Source: Trichosphaerium sp. ATCC 40318
Taxonomy: Eukaryota; Protista; Tubulinea
Reading direction: 5' to 3'
DNA length: 64,000 bases
NCBI GenBank assembly: GCA_038496445.1
Contig: JALMLS010000508.1
Coordinates: 1 to 64,000 of the forward strand
The translations under genes were made by a program, and so were the position numbers. Below, in pieces: positions 1 through 13,139 of this stretch. How positions within the stretch are numbered: position 1 is the stretch's first letter; the number at the start of each line of letters is the position of its first letter. The notes below the pieces were generated by a model. That model did not search any database. It was not told the origin of the DNA and saw only the letters and a list, made by a program, of their open reading frames with translations.

Positions 1-1740
1 TACGAACCTGATAGCAATTACTTTTATAATCAACAAGATTTCATTCTTTTTTTTTTTTTGGTCACGTGACAGTCCAAAAACCGACTTTAAATGTTTGATC
101 AAGCTGACCTTTTTCAAAGAAAACTTGTTGTCGACATAAAAGAAGGAAAAATCCATCCATCAATAAACATACCTATGAAAACACGTAATTTATTAGAGCG
201 TGGACTATGGAGAGACCCAAAACGTGCAAAGGAGTTGGCTGCTGCCTTCTCTAAAGGTTTCAAGGGTACTTGTTTCAGCAATCAATCAATTTGTTGTCAT
301 TTAATCTGGTTGTTGACTTACGTGTTAAGGAATTGTGAGGAGGATATGGCCAAACCTGATGTGTGCGCTATGTTGTGACACTGGCAGTAATGCTTTGTAT
401 GGTGATAAATTAAGATCACGATACTTTGCAAGCTCTGAAGGTTGTTCAAGTATAGAAATATATTCTCCTATCTATGGTGCCACAGAGGTACATGCAGTGG
501 AAGTATCAAATACTGTTTTTGTAAGTTTTTTAGGGTTTGGTAGGCGTGTGTATTGATCCAAAAGTGAAGGCATATTGTTTCTGTCCTCGATCAATGTAAG
601 TGCTTTAATTTTTTTTCAAAACTGTTTGTAAAAAAGGGAGTTTCCTTTGTTTTCTTCACTGTGTTCTATCATACAGGATTCTTTCTTATTCATCAACCTC
701 TCAGTTCAGTTTTGAGTATAAACTGTATTATCTGAGAGCGTTGCATCTGTTCAAAAACACTGAATGCTTATTTGTTTATTAAATTATTGCTTAGGTATTT
801 GGAGTTCATCCCTGCTGATGAAATTGACTCAGGTACAGTATGCCGTTTCTGTTATAAACAATATCAATTAATGTAAATAGAAAATCCTACAGTACTGGAT
901 ATGACACAAATTAAACAAGGGAAATCTTACGAGCTTGTAATAACAACATACTCGGGTAAGTTTGTTTTTGTTTTCTTGCACTTGTTTTTCCTGTGCTTAC
1001 GTTTTTAACTTATTATTAAGGTCTCTTGCGCTATAGATTCGGAGATGTTGTAAAAATACATAGCTATCATAATGAGTGTCCAGTATTTTCTTTTGAATAC
1101 CGCACAGGACAGTTACTTGATTTAAAAGGAGAAAAAACAACTGAAATGCAACTTTGGCGTGCTATTACAAAGTTTGTGGATGGTTTAGGATCCAGACTTG
1201 TAGACTATACTGCTTTCCATTATACAAATATAGATCCGTTAGGATGGCCTCAATGTACATTTCATTCAAGTGGTTTTTTTTTTTCTCATTTTTTTTTACA
1301 AACGGCTAACCTTGATCCCCTTGTTTAAGACTTTATTGGTGTTGAATTACAAGATTTTGAACGTGAATTAACAGAAGATGAAACGAACGAATTTGACAGA
1401 ATTTTATGTGAAAGGTATCAGCTACTGACTAAAAAGGAAGGATAAAGATTCTTTCTGCTTTTTTTCTTATTTTTTTCTTCCTGTTGTCAAACTTTGTTCT
1501 TTTATACGACTGACACTGGTTACTAGCAACCATGGATATAGATATCATAGAGAACTAGCGACTATACTACCAGCTCAAGTGATTATTTTTAAAAAAGGAT
1601 CTTTTGAAGATTTATTGGCTTACATACGCAAGACCTCTAAGGCAATCAACCAAATTAAGCTCCCTCGTTTAATGAAGAATCAAGAGTATGTTGATCTATT
1701 AATCCGACGTGCTACAAATTTCTCAAAAAGAGAACAATGA
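1..1740 (+). CDS. GH3-family acyl-adenylate/amido synthetase (GHDC-like), multi-exon, 5' end outside the window
   Basis: Exons give 'YSPIYGATE', 'YFEFIP', 'YELVITTYSGLLRYRFGDVVKIHSYHNECPVFSFEYRTGQLLDLKGEKTTE' and C-terminal 'NQIKLPRL', all GH3-family motifs. GT-AG introns; stop TGA at 1738-1740. Confidence 0.85.
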
Positions 1741-2126
1741 GACTCAACAAAATATAGCCAACTGTGCATAAAAATTATACATGTAGAACATTGCAACAAG
1801 CATAAAAATTAATGTTAGTATGCGAATTTGCAAGTGCACCTTTAAGATAACGTAACCTAATACATGTGAATTGAGAAGCTCAGCGAGTCAAGTTATTTTA
1901 AAGTTCCTTTTGAAATGCCCAAAACGACGATTTAAAACAATTGCTTCTTTACATGTAATGCATTCCACCGTTTTATCGAAACACTTCGGTTTAATATCCT
2001 ACAGAAGCATAGATTGTCATGAGAGAAGTGTTCATTTCAACGAAAATGAAAGAGAGAAAGGTTTCATCACGTGGTTTAAACATTATTTTTTATTAGAGTG
2101 CACTGTTTTGTGGTTACATTTATTAT

Positions 2127-3292
2127 CTATTCTCTGCTAAACTCTGTTTCTCCATCAGTTTGTCTATCAGAAGACACTGGAGCTTTGGTTACAGAACCAG
2201 GAGCAGGTGTGGCAGGGTCACAATCGCAACAGCAAGAGCATTCAGCCGTTGTTTTAGTGATAATACCACTGTCGCAACAACCAAGATCCATCTCAGTTAC
2301 AGATGTTACATGACAGCCACCATAGTCAGCAACAACAGGAAATCCCAAGGCAACACATTGACTAGTAAAACATGAGTAAAAAATCAAAAAAAAAATAATA
2401 CAAAAGGAAGCAAAACAAAAGCGTACGCTGCACAATCGTCTTTGGCGTTTTGAAGCGGGTCTTCAGCATTAGGGTCATTTCTACAATTCACAGAGCTACC
2501 AGTACCAATAAGAGCTTTACGGCAAGGTTTTGGTTCACATGTGGAGCAGTTGGTGTAAGCAAGCATGAAGCCATTTACAAGCTTTGTGTTTCTCAAGTCA
2601 ACAACAAGAGTGTTTACGCCTGGTGCCAAAGTCAAGGTGAAAGTGGTTGCAGCGTTAAAGCCAGTTGAATGGTAGGCGCAAGGCAAAGTGATCAGTTGAC
2701 CGTTCAAAGTAGCTGTAGCAATGTAGTTGTCAGCCCAACATTTTGCAGTAACTGAAGCGCCTTCACATTCTGGAGCTGTAAGTTCAACGTTGTATACGAA
2801 GTTCGTGAAGGTTAGGTCATTGTAACTTGGAGCGCTAACCCATCCTGCCTGTTAAAACGAAGTTAGAACGGCAGGGCCTTATTGTTTGGCTTTAAAACGT
2901 ACTGGAACTGGGAAACTGGCTGGGTTAACCCAACTATTGTCGTTTAGTACTCGTGAATTGCAACATTGGTTTGGCGCTACATTGTCGTCCCAACAGTTGT
3001 TGAATCCAGGATGTGGACTACCACAAATGCCCCAATGAGAATCTCTTGAAGAGAGACCGGAAGGTAGTAATGAGAAATCGTTTGCGACACCTACAAAAGA
3101 GGGTTAGTCTTTGGCAAAAAAGGAACGTTGACAACAGTGGTCATTTTTAGAGAATTCACGTGAATTCTTAGAAATCGTACCTGTTGGGTAAGCACCGAGA
3201 GAAGTCAAGCATTCTTGTACGCCAGGTTCATAGGCAGCAAAGGCGAGAGTAGCAGCACAGACTAAGAGAAGGACAAGAGATGAGGTGTTCAT
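2127..3292 (-). CDS. Secreted Cys-rich protein with a jelly-roll/galactose-binding-like domain; apparent 1-nt frameshift near 3031
   Basis: Signal peptide MNTSSLVLLLVCAATLAFA; spliced exons give 'TGV...DSHW', 'WADNYIATATLNGQ...LAPGVNTLVVDLRN' and a Cys-rich tail. The reading frame shifts at a short G run (3030-3032), so this is a pseudogene or a sequencing error. Confidence 0.6.
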
Positions 3293-4739
3293 GAGGATTG
3301 ATGTTGTGAATAATGACAATAAAGGTTGCAACGTGGGCTAAGTCACTGCAACTTAAGCACTTCCGAAAGCTATGCCCCAAAGTGACTACAGTGCTATCTA
3401 CAGCTATTAATACTTCAAAGTGATTTTTTTCAAATATTGTTCAAAGAAATGTATCCTCGTTCAGGTTTTTGCCCACTGTTGAGCACAATCGGTAACCAAA
3501 ACCGAATACTGCATGAACTTTCCTAGCAGTCACGTAATTGAGTCTAACAACACTGCTCGGAGTGTCATAATATGGAAAAAAGTGAGTTGTTCTAGCGCAG
3601 TCAGATGCGTCTTTTATGTAGTCTTCGAGACATGTAGAAAAATGCACCAAAAAGTTATTGCCAAACAGGCCTGCGCCGCAGCCCCTTTTCTCAACGTGGC
3701 AAGAAAATAACGTTGTAACTTTCCCATTACATTCTGAGCACCATCGCTTTAAACAAAAGGGAAGTGCAAATGCCGTTATGTAAAAGTTAATTACGCGAAG
3801 AAGCGCTTTTTGTGTTGTCTGAGTTTTGATCCTACTGGCAGACAGTTATACTATGGAATCGCCTGTGATCCCTTAGATACTGGACTCATAAAAACCGATT
3901 TAGATTAAAACCCAAATAACTTTTCTTTATTTTTTTTTTATCAGCACGTGTTTGAAAGGTTTCTATTTTAGATGTACAATTAGTTCTACACCAGCCACCA
4001 TGGTTGCTACGATAACTACCATTCCCTGAAACTAACAATGATGGGGATACAGCATACGTGGTGTGGTCCAACAAGCAAAGCGTTGTTCAAAACTATTCGT
4101 TTACTTTCGATACTTCTGTTCACACAGCTACATAGGTGGAGCTCGCAGCTAAAGAACCAAACGGAAAAGAAACTCTTCTTACGGTAAGCCAAAAGTACGT
4201 TGATGGGAATGGTTGTTTGCTACAAATACTCTTTTGCCAACAAAAAATCCAAAAGAATTGTTTTCGTCTCTAGTTCCTTTCCAGTTTTTGCTTTGGTCAA
4301 TGATCTAACTATTAATACAGCACCGTACAATTGACTATTACAGAGACGCCCTTGATCATTCTAACACAATAAATGCCTCAGTCATAACAACTTTATCCAT
4401 CTTTGAACGTTTGTTTCACTTTTTATTGTGCAAGTGTTTAAACACGTTTGCAATTTTCTACAAATTAATTGGGGGCAACCATCCTATAGGCGATAGTTAA
4501 ATGTAAATAACTACAATCATTCATGCTATTACAAGCATGCACTATGGCTATCAAGCGAAATTGTGAACTACAAATTATGCTAAAAAAAGCCTGTTTCTTT
4601 TAAGGCACTTGATTTGTACGTGTAATTATTTTATTTTGTACTGTTTATGTTACAGAGCTCAATGTATCATCTATGAACCTAAGAAGCTAGTTGTTTTCTG
4701 AGATGTCCAGTATCCAGCTTAAGTTTAAGGAATGTTCCT

Positions 4740-5189
4740 CTAGTTGACACCATTACTGTTCCAATACTTGAACCCTCCATGTCGCTTATTACCACTCTTT
4801 GTACTCTCTTTCTTGTCTACCATTGACAGCCCATTACTATGCCAATATTTGCACTCTCCTTGCAGTATATCATTGATATAATTGGACTGCGTCATTAATT
4901 GGCCATTACTATACCAATACTTGTACTCTCCATCCCTTTTGCCGTGTTTCCAATGCACTTGACAAACAAGGTTGCTATATCTGTTCCTTCGTTTCCATTT
5001 TCCATGCTTTTTCAGCTCGCTATCAAACCTTGTTGTCATTGCTGTTTGTTTCGAGAGAAGCGGATACTTATAGTACACTGATACGTCTAAATCAATAATA
5101 TCAAGCTGAAGCTCAACTGGAAGGCACAGTAGAAGGCATTTATCCGATTCTGCACTAAAACTATCTTTGTTGGCTTTTAGCCGCTTCAT
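4740..5189 (-). pseudogene. Truncated F-box-like/MORN2-repeat gene
   Basis: 'LLCLPVELQLDIIDLD' followed by 'G.YKYWYSNGQL' repeats that degrade by frameshift; paralog of the genes at 6745, 11187 and 17017. Confidence 0.7.
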
Positions 5190-5744
5190 TTATGATTGAA
5201 TGCTTAGGTGATTATCACGTGGAAAGTTAGTCATTTTATTTCAATTAGCGTTTTTTTTTTGCCCCAATTTGCTTCGTATTAAACTCTCAAAGGAATCCAC
5301 CAAACATCTCTTGGACAATACGAATACCAAGATACTCTGTTCCATAAAATGCTGGTCACAACAAGTGTTGTTTTTAGAACTATATTAAGTATAACAGAAT
5401 GTGTACTTATCATTGTGTTTATTGTAACTATGACGCCTATTGAAAAGAGGAGTACAAGCGAACAATATAGTCAATCATCGAAGACATACTGTTGTGCAAT
5501 ATTATTCTTTCGATTAAAGTAGTTTTTTAAGTGTTGTCAGTAGGAACTGATACATATGGTAGTTATGTCTACATGTGTAGGGCCAGTTTTGGTTTACTAA
5601 GCTCCTTTGTTGTAGAAACTACAAAAGTTAAAAGGTCATACCCACGTGGAATATCTACAAGCTTATCAAATTGCGTTAGACATTCATACTACGTAATACT
5701 AACAATGGCAGAAACAATTGTAATGGCAGGGTGAGCAATTATGT

Positions 5745-5970
5745 CAAGTGGAACTGAACTGAGTGGCAAATTTAAAAAAGGCGTAGTGCAAAGAACTAAT
5801 ATTAGCTGAAGGAACTAGATATACTGGCGGAAGTAAAGATGGCGAACCCCATGGTAACGGCATGTTGATACAAAAAAATGGCACAAACATGGGTTGCCTT
5901 CACGGCAAAGGAAAAGTACAATACTCAGATCGAACTAGAATTATTGGTGAATTTGACAATGGTCTAGGCA
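5745..5970 (+). pseudogene. Degenerate classical MORN-repeat fragment
   Basis: 'EGTRYTGGSKDGEPHGNGML', 'HGKGKVQYSDRTRIIGEFDNG'; the upstream frame is broken by stops. Confidence 0.55.
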
Positions 5971-6744
5971 CTGAATGTAAAGTTCTTTACAAATACAAAA
6001 GAGAAAATAACATTGTGGTTGTAACATCTTCTATAGCACCATGGGCTTTTCAAGTACGAAACAAACAGCAATTCATAAAAGGTCCGTGTATAATACATGG
6101 TAGGTCCATGAAGGGCTTTGGCTTCAAATATACTCAGTGTTTGTCTAATACCAAGTCATAAGCTGAGCTAGCAGCTCCTTAAGTAAGAAAATAATGAGAA
6201 TTTTGTGGTGTTTTCTCAAGTGCTAGTGAAGTTATAGAGATGTGTTCATGACTTGGATGAAGTACAGTAGCCATTCAGGTATTTGTACAATGTAATTTTC
6301 ACAAAAGATATGGGCGCATCCAGGACAGATTTTGGGCATTGAGATCAGTTCAGAATTTTTACATGATAAGTGCCCTTGATTCTACCTAAAAAAATTAATA
6401 AATAAGGCGATTTCTCAGAATGTAGTAGCTCCGCTACACCCCACAATTTGTATACACTTTTTTAAATATGGCGGGTGTATACACGTTGTTTCAAGGCAAA
6501 AAGTTAAGGTGCAGGACATTTTTGCTGTTTGATAATTAAAGTGTACCTTTCGCCGTTTTGAGGCCCGCTTGTTGTCTATAGGTAGATTGCGCCCTATTTT
6601 ACGTTCCTCAACATAAATAGTGTTGTATCGCACTGATAAATTCGCGAATTTCTGGACCACATTTGACCTTATTCTGGAACCTGTATAAAAATGAACTAGC
6701 AGGATCTTACAACGTTTCAAGCTTTCAAAGAAAACTGGTGTAAA

Positions 6745-7702
6745 ATGGCAACAACAAAGGTAAAGATGTACTGTAAGACTCCTCACAAACACAATTTAGA
6801 TTAACAAACAAGAATCGACTCCTTGTCGTTTACTACAACTTCCATTAGAGCTACAACTTGATATTATGGATTTAAGCATGGAAACATACACGTTGTGGCC
6901 TTTATTATCAAAACAAGCAGCTGTGAGCACTCGGTTCAACACTAAATTAAAAAAACACGGAGAGCACAAAAAATGGCATCATGGACGTGTAAGGAAGACG
7001 TGTATGTATGAGAATGGTAAACGAGAAGGTATATTTAAGAGGTACAAGAAGAGACGTTTGATAGAAACCTGTTGGTACAAAGATGGTAAAAAAGAAGGAA
7101 AGCAGATGATCTGGCAGAATGGAAAATTAATTGTGGAAGCATACTACCACAACGGTTTGTATGAAGGAGAATACAAGTCATGGTATGAAAATGGTAAAAT
7201 GAAAAAAAAAATATGTTATATCAAAGGTAAACGTGATGGATGTCATGAGGAGTGGTATGACAATGGGCAATTGAAACTCAAACTGTTTTGTGTCAAAGGC
7301 ATGCTTCATGGAGAGAACAAGTCATGGCATAGAAATGGTACTTTAGAGAGGTTAAGCAACTACTGTAAAGGCAAGCGAGAAGGAGATTATGAAAAGTGGG
7401 ATAGCGCAGGTGTGTTGATTGAGAAATGCCGTTATGTGAAGGGCAAGGTACAAGGAGCTTATTTGAAATGGCACAGTAATGGGCAATTGTATTGCAGATT
7501 CTTTTATAACAAAAATAGAAGAGAGGGAGAGTTTAAGACATTTTTTGACAATGGACAATTAGAAAAGAAATGCACGTATAAGAATGATCTCAAAGAAGGA
7601 GAGGAAGAGTGCTGGACAAGAAATGGCACATTGAAAGAACGCTACTTTTATACAATGGGCATCAGAAGACTAGGTTTTGGCTTAATACCCGAACACCCTT
7701 AA
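6745..7702 (+). CDS. F-box-like + MORN2 (YwqK-like) repeat protein
   Basis: ATG 6745 with a phase-0 intron 6760-6799 joining in frame to 'LLQLPLELQLDIMDL'; then about 9-10 ~24-aa 'G.YKxWY.NGxL' repeats. Confidence 0.85.
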
Positions 7703-8052
7703 GTCAAATCCCACTTGTTTGAGAATATGCACTATTAATTCAATGGTAGTGCTTCAAGCTCTGATATGTCCTCATATGTATTGTTTGTGTCTTTTTCTTC
7801 CATTGTATTTCAATAATTGCTATGTAAGAGTTTTATGGTTAGAGGTGGTTAAGGCGAATTTGGTGCTTACAACTGTCAACTTTAACAATACCAACTTGAT
7901 AATTTCTCACTTGCTCATGGATGAACTTGACATATATTTCTAGCCCGATGTTTCTGATGCTCTTCAAACTCACTTTGATACTATTGGTGATTATGAAGAA
8001 GAAGGTGAATACTATGACGAATAAATTTAATGTTTGACATATGTAAAAATGA

Positions 8053-9652
8053 TCACTGACGTGTATTAGAAAAACTGATTGTATTCCTTCTTTCTACTTT
8101 TTTTTTATCTTTTTTACCAAGGACTTTATTGAACACTTTGAGAAGCTTTGATTTATTTTGCCTCTCCCTAACACAAATATATGAGGATTGTGCGACATAA
8201 GTTGTGACAAAGACGTACTTGCATATTGGTTCTATAACCACACGTTGGTAGTGTTCGATAATTAGAGAAAATAGATTTTCTATATTCTTTCCTGTTTTGC
8301 AACTCACACTTATGAATGGTACATCCCATGCCTTTGCACGTGACATTCCTTCTTCATCAGATACTTGTCTATCAACTTCCAGATCGCATTTATTTGCAAC
8401 CTAGATACACAACAATGTGAGTAATGTAATGTCTGTGTGAACAAAAGCTGTAGCATACTAATATGATTGGCATTGAATATCTATTACAACGGAAGATTTG
8501 GTCTCTGAATTTTACGGTATCATCAAAGCTTGTTCTATTTTGTATAGAATATACAATGACAAAAATTTTGCAGACACGCATATATAGATCGCGCATTGCG
8601 CAAAATCTTAAAATGAAAAGTCAATAATTAATACTGCAAACAGTATTTCGTACACTTCTTGCCCAGCAGTGTCTAGCACTTCCAAAATAGTATATTGCTT
8701 TCCTTTATTTAGAGACATCACAATTGTATCCTCTGATTGCGAAAAATGTGAGCGAAACCAGAGAAAGGGAGGATGGATGTTGGATGTGTTAAATTAGAGT
8801 ATTCTTACAAAAAAGTGGGTTTTTTGGCGTAATTTTTATACCAATAGTTGGATCGTATTCATCCATGAACCAATCGGTTAGAAATTTAACAATAATCGAA
8901 GTCTAATCCAAAGATAGAGTGAGCTAAACAGCTCACAAGGAACAAAAAACAAGACGAGAAAAGAATGTTTTTACTTACACATCCAACAGCTCCATCGCCC
9001 AAAAAGCAGCATTTGATCTAAAAAGGACGTGCGTCAAATACCATTTTTTTGCAATAAACAAAATTAAATCACGTGGCAGTACCGTTTCGCTAGATTTCAA
9101 CTTTTTGGCATGTTTTTCTGATATTTTTAGACTTGGTAGCCGGTCTTTAACGTTTTGTCTGTATGTAGAACTAGAAATAACGGTTTAGAGGTACACAACG
9201 TCTCCACAACATTTTGAGTTAATCACCTGTTGATTTTGAGCAGATTCAGCTGTAAACAAAGCGGTTTATGAGTGTTTAAGACCATTTGGTAAGAATTTGA
9301 AGAAAATACACAAAATGAAGCTCAGAAGGCTTGGTTTTCTGTGCTTTCGCGGCTATTATTAAACTAGTACCTTATGTGTCCATTCGTGGATAAACGCTTT
9401 CTTGATATTGTCACCTTATCGAATTTAAACGTAAATAAGGCTTAAAACGCCTAGAATGGTACCTTTAGGTTCTAATATAAAGCGTTGGGCGTAAAGCCGT
9501 TGCCATAAAATGTTATCAGCTGAAAACAATTTAAACGCCTTAGAGGTGGCGCCAAGAGCTACGATATGTTGAAAATCAAGGTTGTAGCATATTAATACGA
9601 GAATCTCGTGTGGGAATGACACAAAAGGCAATAATCCTTCTTTTCTTTCCAT
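8053..9652 (-). CDS. F-box + Ras-family GTPase-fold fusion protein (multi-exon), P-loop Lys replaced by Cys
   Basis: N-terminal F-box 'FPHEILVLICYNLDFQHIVALGATSK...DNILWQRLY'; spliced G1 GDGAVGCT, G2 YDPTIED, G3 DTAGQE, G4 NKCD, G5 SCK. Confidence 0.85.
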
Positions 9653-9786
9653 GTCTTAATGAGTACGACCAAACATACAAGCGTACGGTGAAAGTAGTAT
9701 GGTGCCGGAAAACTCGAGTATTTTTAGAAAAGGAAAGGCGTCAAAGAGTCCCAGCAGTAAAACAAAGTCAAAAATTCGAGAGCACA

Positions 9787-10330
9787 ATGGAATACAGAAG
9801 CGTAGATCAGTGCTTCTTCAATATTGTTGCTCTGCCAATCGAAATAATAGTGCATTCACAAACAATGGAACAGGGACATCTACACTCCATTCTGCCCAAA
9901 CACGTCACTTTTTGCGAGGTTTTTTGGATGTTTTTCTATATTAGAACCGAAACTGAAGTGGAGATGCTCTCTGGTAGTCCATTGCTCCAGAATACGCCAG
10001 TTGACATGTGATAATGTGATACAATAATGCGGCATGAAGGCATACACACTATCAGCTTGTACTCATTACAATAACAAGATTCAGGTGTTAAGGTGTACAT
10101 AAGATTAATTTACAGTGTACAAATGTAACAGATGAAGATTTAGAGGCATGGGCAGGTGAAAATGAGACACACTTATTAGGTTGTACATCATCAACAGATG
10201 AGGATAGAAAGGCGTTGGCAGGTATACATGAGATTGGCTTGTTGTCTTGTAAAATGATCACAGCGGTAGGTTAAAAGCAAGCTCGAGCGTACATACTATA
10301 CTTGTCCAAGGGCTGAATTCAAAACAAAAT
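9787..10330 (+). pseudogene. F-box/LRR pseudogene, paralog of 61980-62660
   Basis: 'NIVALPIEIIVH', 'SAQTRHFLR', 'EMLSGSPLLQNT' and 'VTDEDLEAWAG' fragments lie in different frames with stops. Confidence 0.75.
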
Positions 10331-11186
10331 GTCAAGTCACTCAAGGTTGTTGAGATTGGTGAGTATTGTCAATTAATTGTTGCTTTTGAGATTAGTTTTT
10401 ATAAAAACACTCCCTGAACATGATTGTCTTGACTTGTTGAAGGAAATTCAGGAGCTTGGCTCACTCAACAAAGAAGGTTGTAGATGATGTTGCGTATGGT
10501 CCAATCTCTATCTTCCATGTTCCAGGTATTGGTCTTCGAATGCCATCCCTATCATCAACGTTATTGCTATGATCAAGTATTTACCAAACAAGAGACACCC
10601 GGTCAGCCAAAATGAGATCAGTTTCACGAAGAGGAACAACAACAGTTCTCGACTTGGTTGGTTTCACATCATACCTCAATATTATAACTACCTTCTCAAG
10701 GTAAATTTACACTGCACTAATATGTCTACATACACGAAATTGTCCACAAATACATTGGATATGGTGCATTAGAATCTGCTTCATATGTGAATTATCATTG
10801 CTGGTTGTGGTGTGAATACAATCTGTTTAAAAAATTGTAGCTAGAAAAAGCTTACCAAAGCTGTCTATTCATAAACACATCACCGATAGAGAAGCCACTA
10901 TTGCTATAAAAAATCACGGCAAAAGCCTAAAATACCTGCTTTATCTTGCCTTATCTGTATTACCTATGTAATTACTATTATCTGAAAGCGAGAGTGGTCG
11001 GTTGCGCTCAAATACCATGCACATAGCGGTAAAAGGGTCAGCATCTTAGTCTTTGCTCCACCAGTGTGGCGCCATGTATTGTAAGGTATAAATAACAAAA
11101 AATACAATTAGTTCTATACAGTAAAATCTAACCTTTTTACCAAACGTTTTATTTCGCTTAAAATTAGGTGGGTGAAACAGCGTGAG

Positions 11187-12032
11187 TCAAGAATTTCGAC
11201 GCCATGGTGGTGTCCATGTTGTTTGTTTACCATCTACAAAAGTGTCACAAAACACGTGAGCACTCCAAGTCAAATATGTCTTCCGTTCTCCATGAAGCAC
11301 ATCATTCACATACTGGGATTGAGTATTTAGTTGCCCATTGTCAAACCATATCTTGAAGTCTCCTTCAAGTTTGCCATTGACATAGTTACATTTCTTTCGG
11401 AGCTGGCCATTTGGAAACCAAGATTTATACTCACCTTCAAACTTGCCATCAACAAAATAGCAATGATCACATACTTGGCTGTTTTTGTGCCATTTCATGT
11501 ACTCTCCTTCGCGTTTATCTTGTTTGAAACAACCGTCCTCACATAATTCTCCATTGCTATGCCATGTTTTATGTCGTCCTTCACGTTTATTGTTGATGTA
11601 CTGTCCTTGTTCTCTTAGTTTACCATATGCATGCCATTTAGTGTAATCTCCTTCGAGGTTACCATTTACATAATTCATTTGTTCCTTTAGTTGTTGATTG
11701 TAATACCATGCCTTATACTCCCCCTCGAGTTTATCATTGACGTAAAAGCCGATGGAGTTCAGTCGACCATTACCATACCAAGTTTTACTTTCTCCTTCAA
11801 GTTTGCCATGGTTCCAGTGCGTTCGTTGTACTACTTGTACTTGCAATGAAGCATCAGCTTTTCGTTTTTCCCATTTCCCATGCTTTTCAAAATCACAATC
11901 AAATCTTGATGTCAAGGCTGCTTTTTTTGATAACAATGGCCACTGTAAGTATAAATTAATGTCTAAATCAATAATATCGAGTTGTAGCTCAATAGGAAGT
12001 CCCAATAACTCATCTGAGTTTGTAATGTTCAT
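11187..12032 (-). CDS. F-box-like + MORN2 repeat protein
   Basis: Intact 281-aa ORF: 'LLGLPIELQLDIIDLD' plus about eight 24-aa repeats 'GKLEGEYKxWYxNGQL'. Confidence 0.9.
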   Translation of the reverse strand: MNITNSDELLGLPIELQLDIIDLDINLYLQWPLLSKKAALTSRFDCDFEKHGKWEKRKADASLQVQVVQRTHWNHGKLEGESKTWYGNGRLNSIGFYVNDKLEGEYKAWYYNQQLKEQMNYVNGNLEGDYTKWHAYGKLREQGQYINNKREGRHKTWHSNGELCEDGCFKQDKREGEYMKWHKNSQVCDHCYFVDGKFEGEYKSWFPNGQLRKKCNYVNGKLEGDFKIWFDNGQLNTQSQYVNDVLHGERKTYLTWSAHVFCDTFVDGKQTTWTPPWRRNS

Positions 12033-13035
12033 CTAGTTACGACTTAGTGGAAGGGGAGGATAATTATAATAGTTATCCCGGGATCTGCTTTACCACGTGT
12101 ATGGGGTAGTAACTTAAGTTAAAAGTACAAGACGAAAATCTAGCAAACTAACAGTACACAAAACCAACGGTTTTTGACTTTTATTTCTGTCGCTGCTTGT
12201 TTAAAGAAGTTAAGATTAAATAAACTGATCCATTGCGCATACCTCTAGGTACGTGAAACGATTTTCCTTTGAGACAACTGTTGTGGGATAATTATACAAC
12301 GAACGCTTTATTTAAGAAAAAAATGAGTTTGATCGAAAAGCCGTAGTTGCACCACTCTGACCCAAAGCGTCCTAAAATTGATCTAAAATCAGTTACCAAG
12401 TTTATTACAAAGAGTTTTTATCACAGCCTGAATGGTGGAACCTTGGCAATGAGTTAACAAGATAAAAGCTTGCTAGTACTTTTTTTTGTTGTTTTTTTTC
12501 AAAACACAGTTTTAGCTGTGCTTGATTTTAACGACAGTATTAACTTACAGTAGTGAGGATGAAGCCAATGCATTTGTTAAAACTTGTATAGTAATACATC
12601 AAGATGTAGAGGGGTTTAAACACCGTTTGTCTGCCATAGCTGAGGTATATTTGTTTCTGGCATAGATGCTCGTACTGTTTCTTCAGATGGAAAAAGACTT
12701 AAAATTTGTGTGTGACCGTAGTATTCGAGGGTGTTTTGTGAATAACAAGAAAGCAAGAAACCAGGTATGTTGTGGATGTTCTTTTTTCGTTTTTGAATTA
12801 ATGGTTCTTTTTCAAAGCTATTATTGGCCGTGTCAAAGACTTTGGTCAGGTGAGAGAATTTGCTGCACTGGTATGTTCGCAAATGCCCAAAATGTACACA
12901 GGGAATCCTGAAACGTCATTAAAAGCGATATGTTCTAAAAATTGACAAAGAAGTAGCTCAAAGAATTTTTACTGAGTTCAAAAAACCTGATCACGTGGCA
13001 CAACTAAGTAAACAAAGCGTAACGGATTTCAATTT

Positions 13036-13139
13036 AGATGCTTCATCGAAACTACAAGTTGTAGAACGAACACACTGGAACCATGGTAAACGTGAAGGAG
13101 AAAGTAAAGCTTGGTATGGTAATGGTCGACTGAGCTCCA
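13036..13139 (+). repeat. Internal ~100-bp fragment of the MORN2 gene family in inverted orientation
   Basis: Near-identical to the reverse complement of ~17409-17512 (DASSKLQVVERTHWNHGKREGESKAWYGNGRL). Confidence 0.85.

Noticed and set aside
6745-7702. Bacterial YwqK antitoxin / toxin-antitoxin system
   Set aside because: The similarity reflects generic MORN2 repeats; the gene has a spliceosomal intron and an F-box-like N-terminus, with no toxin partner.
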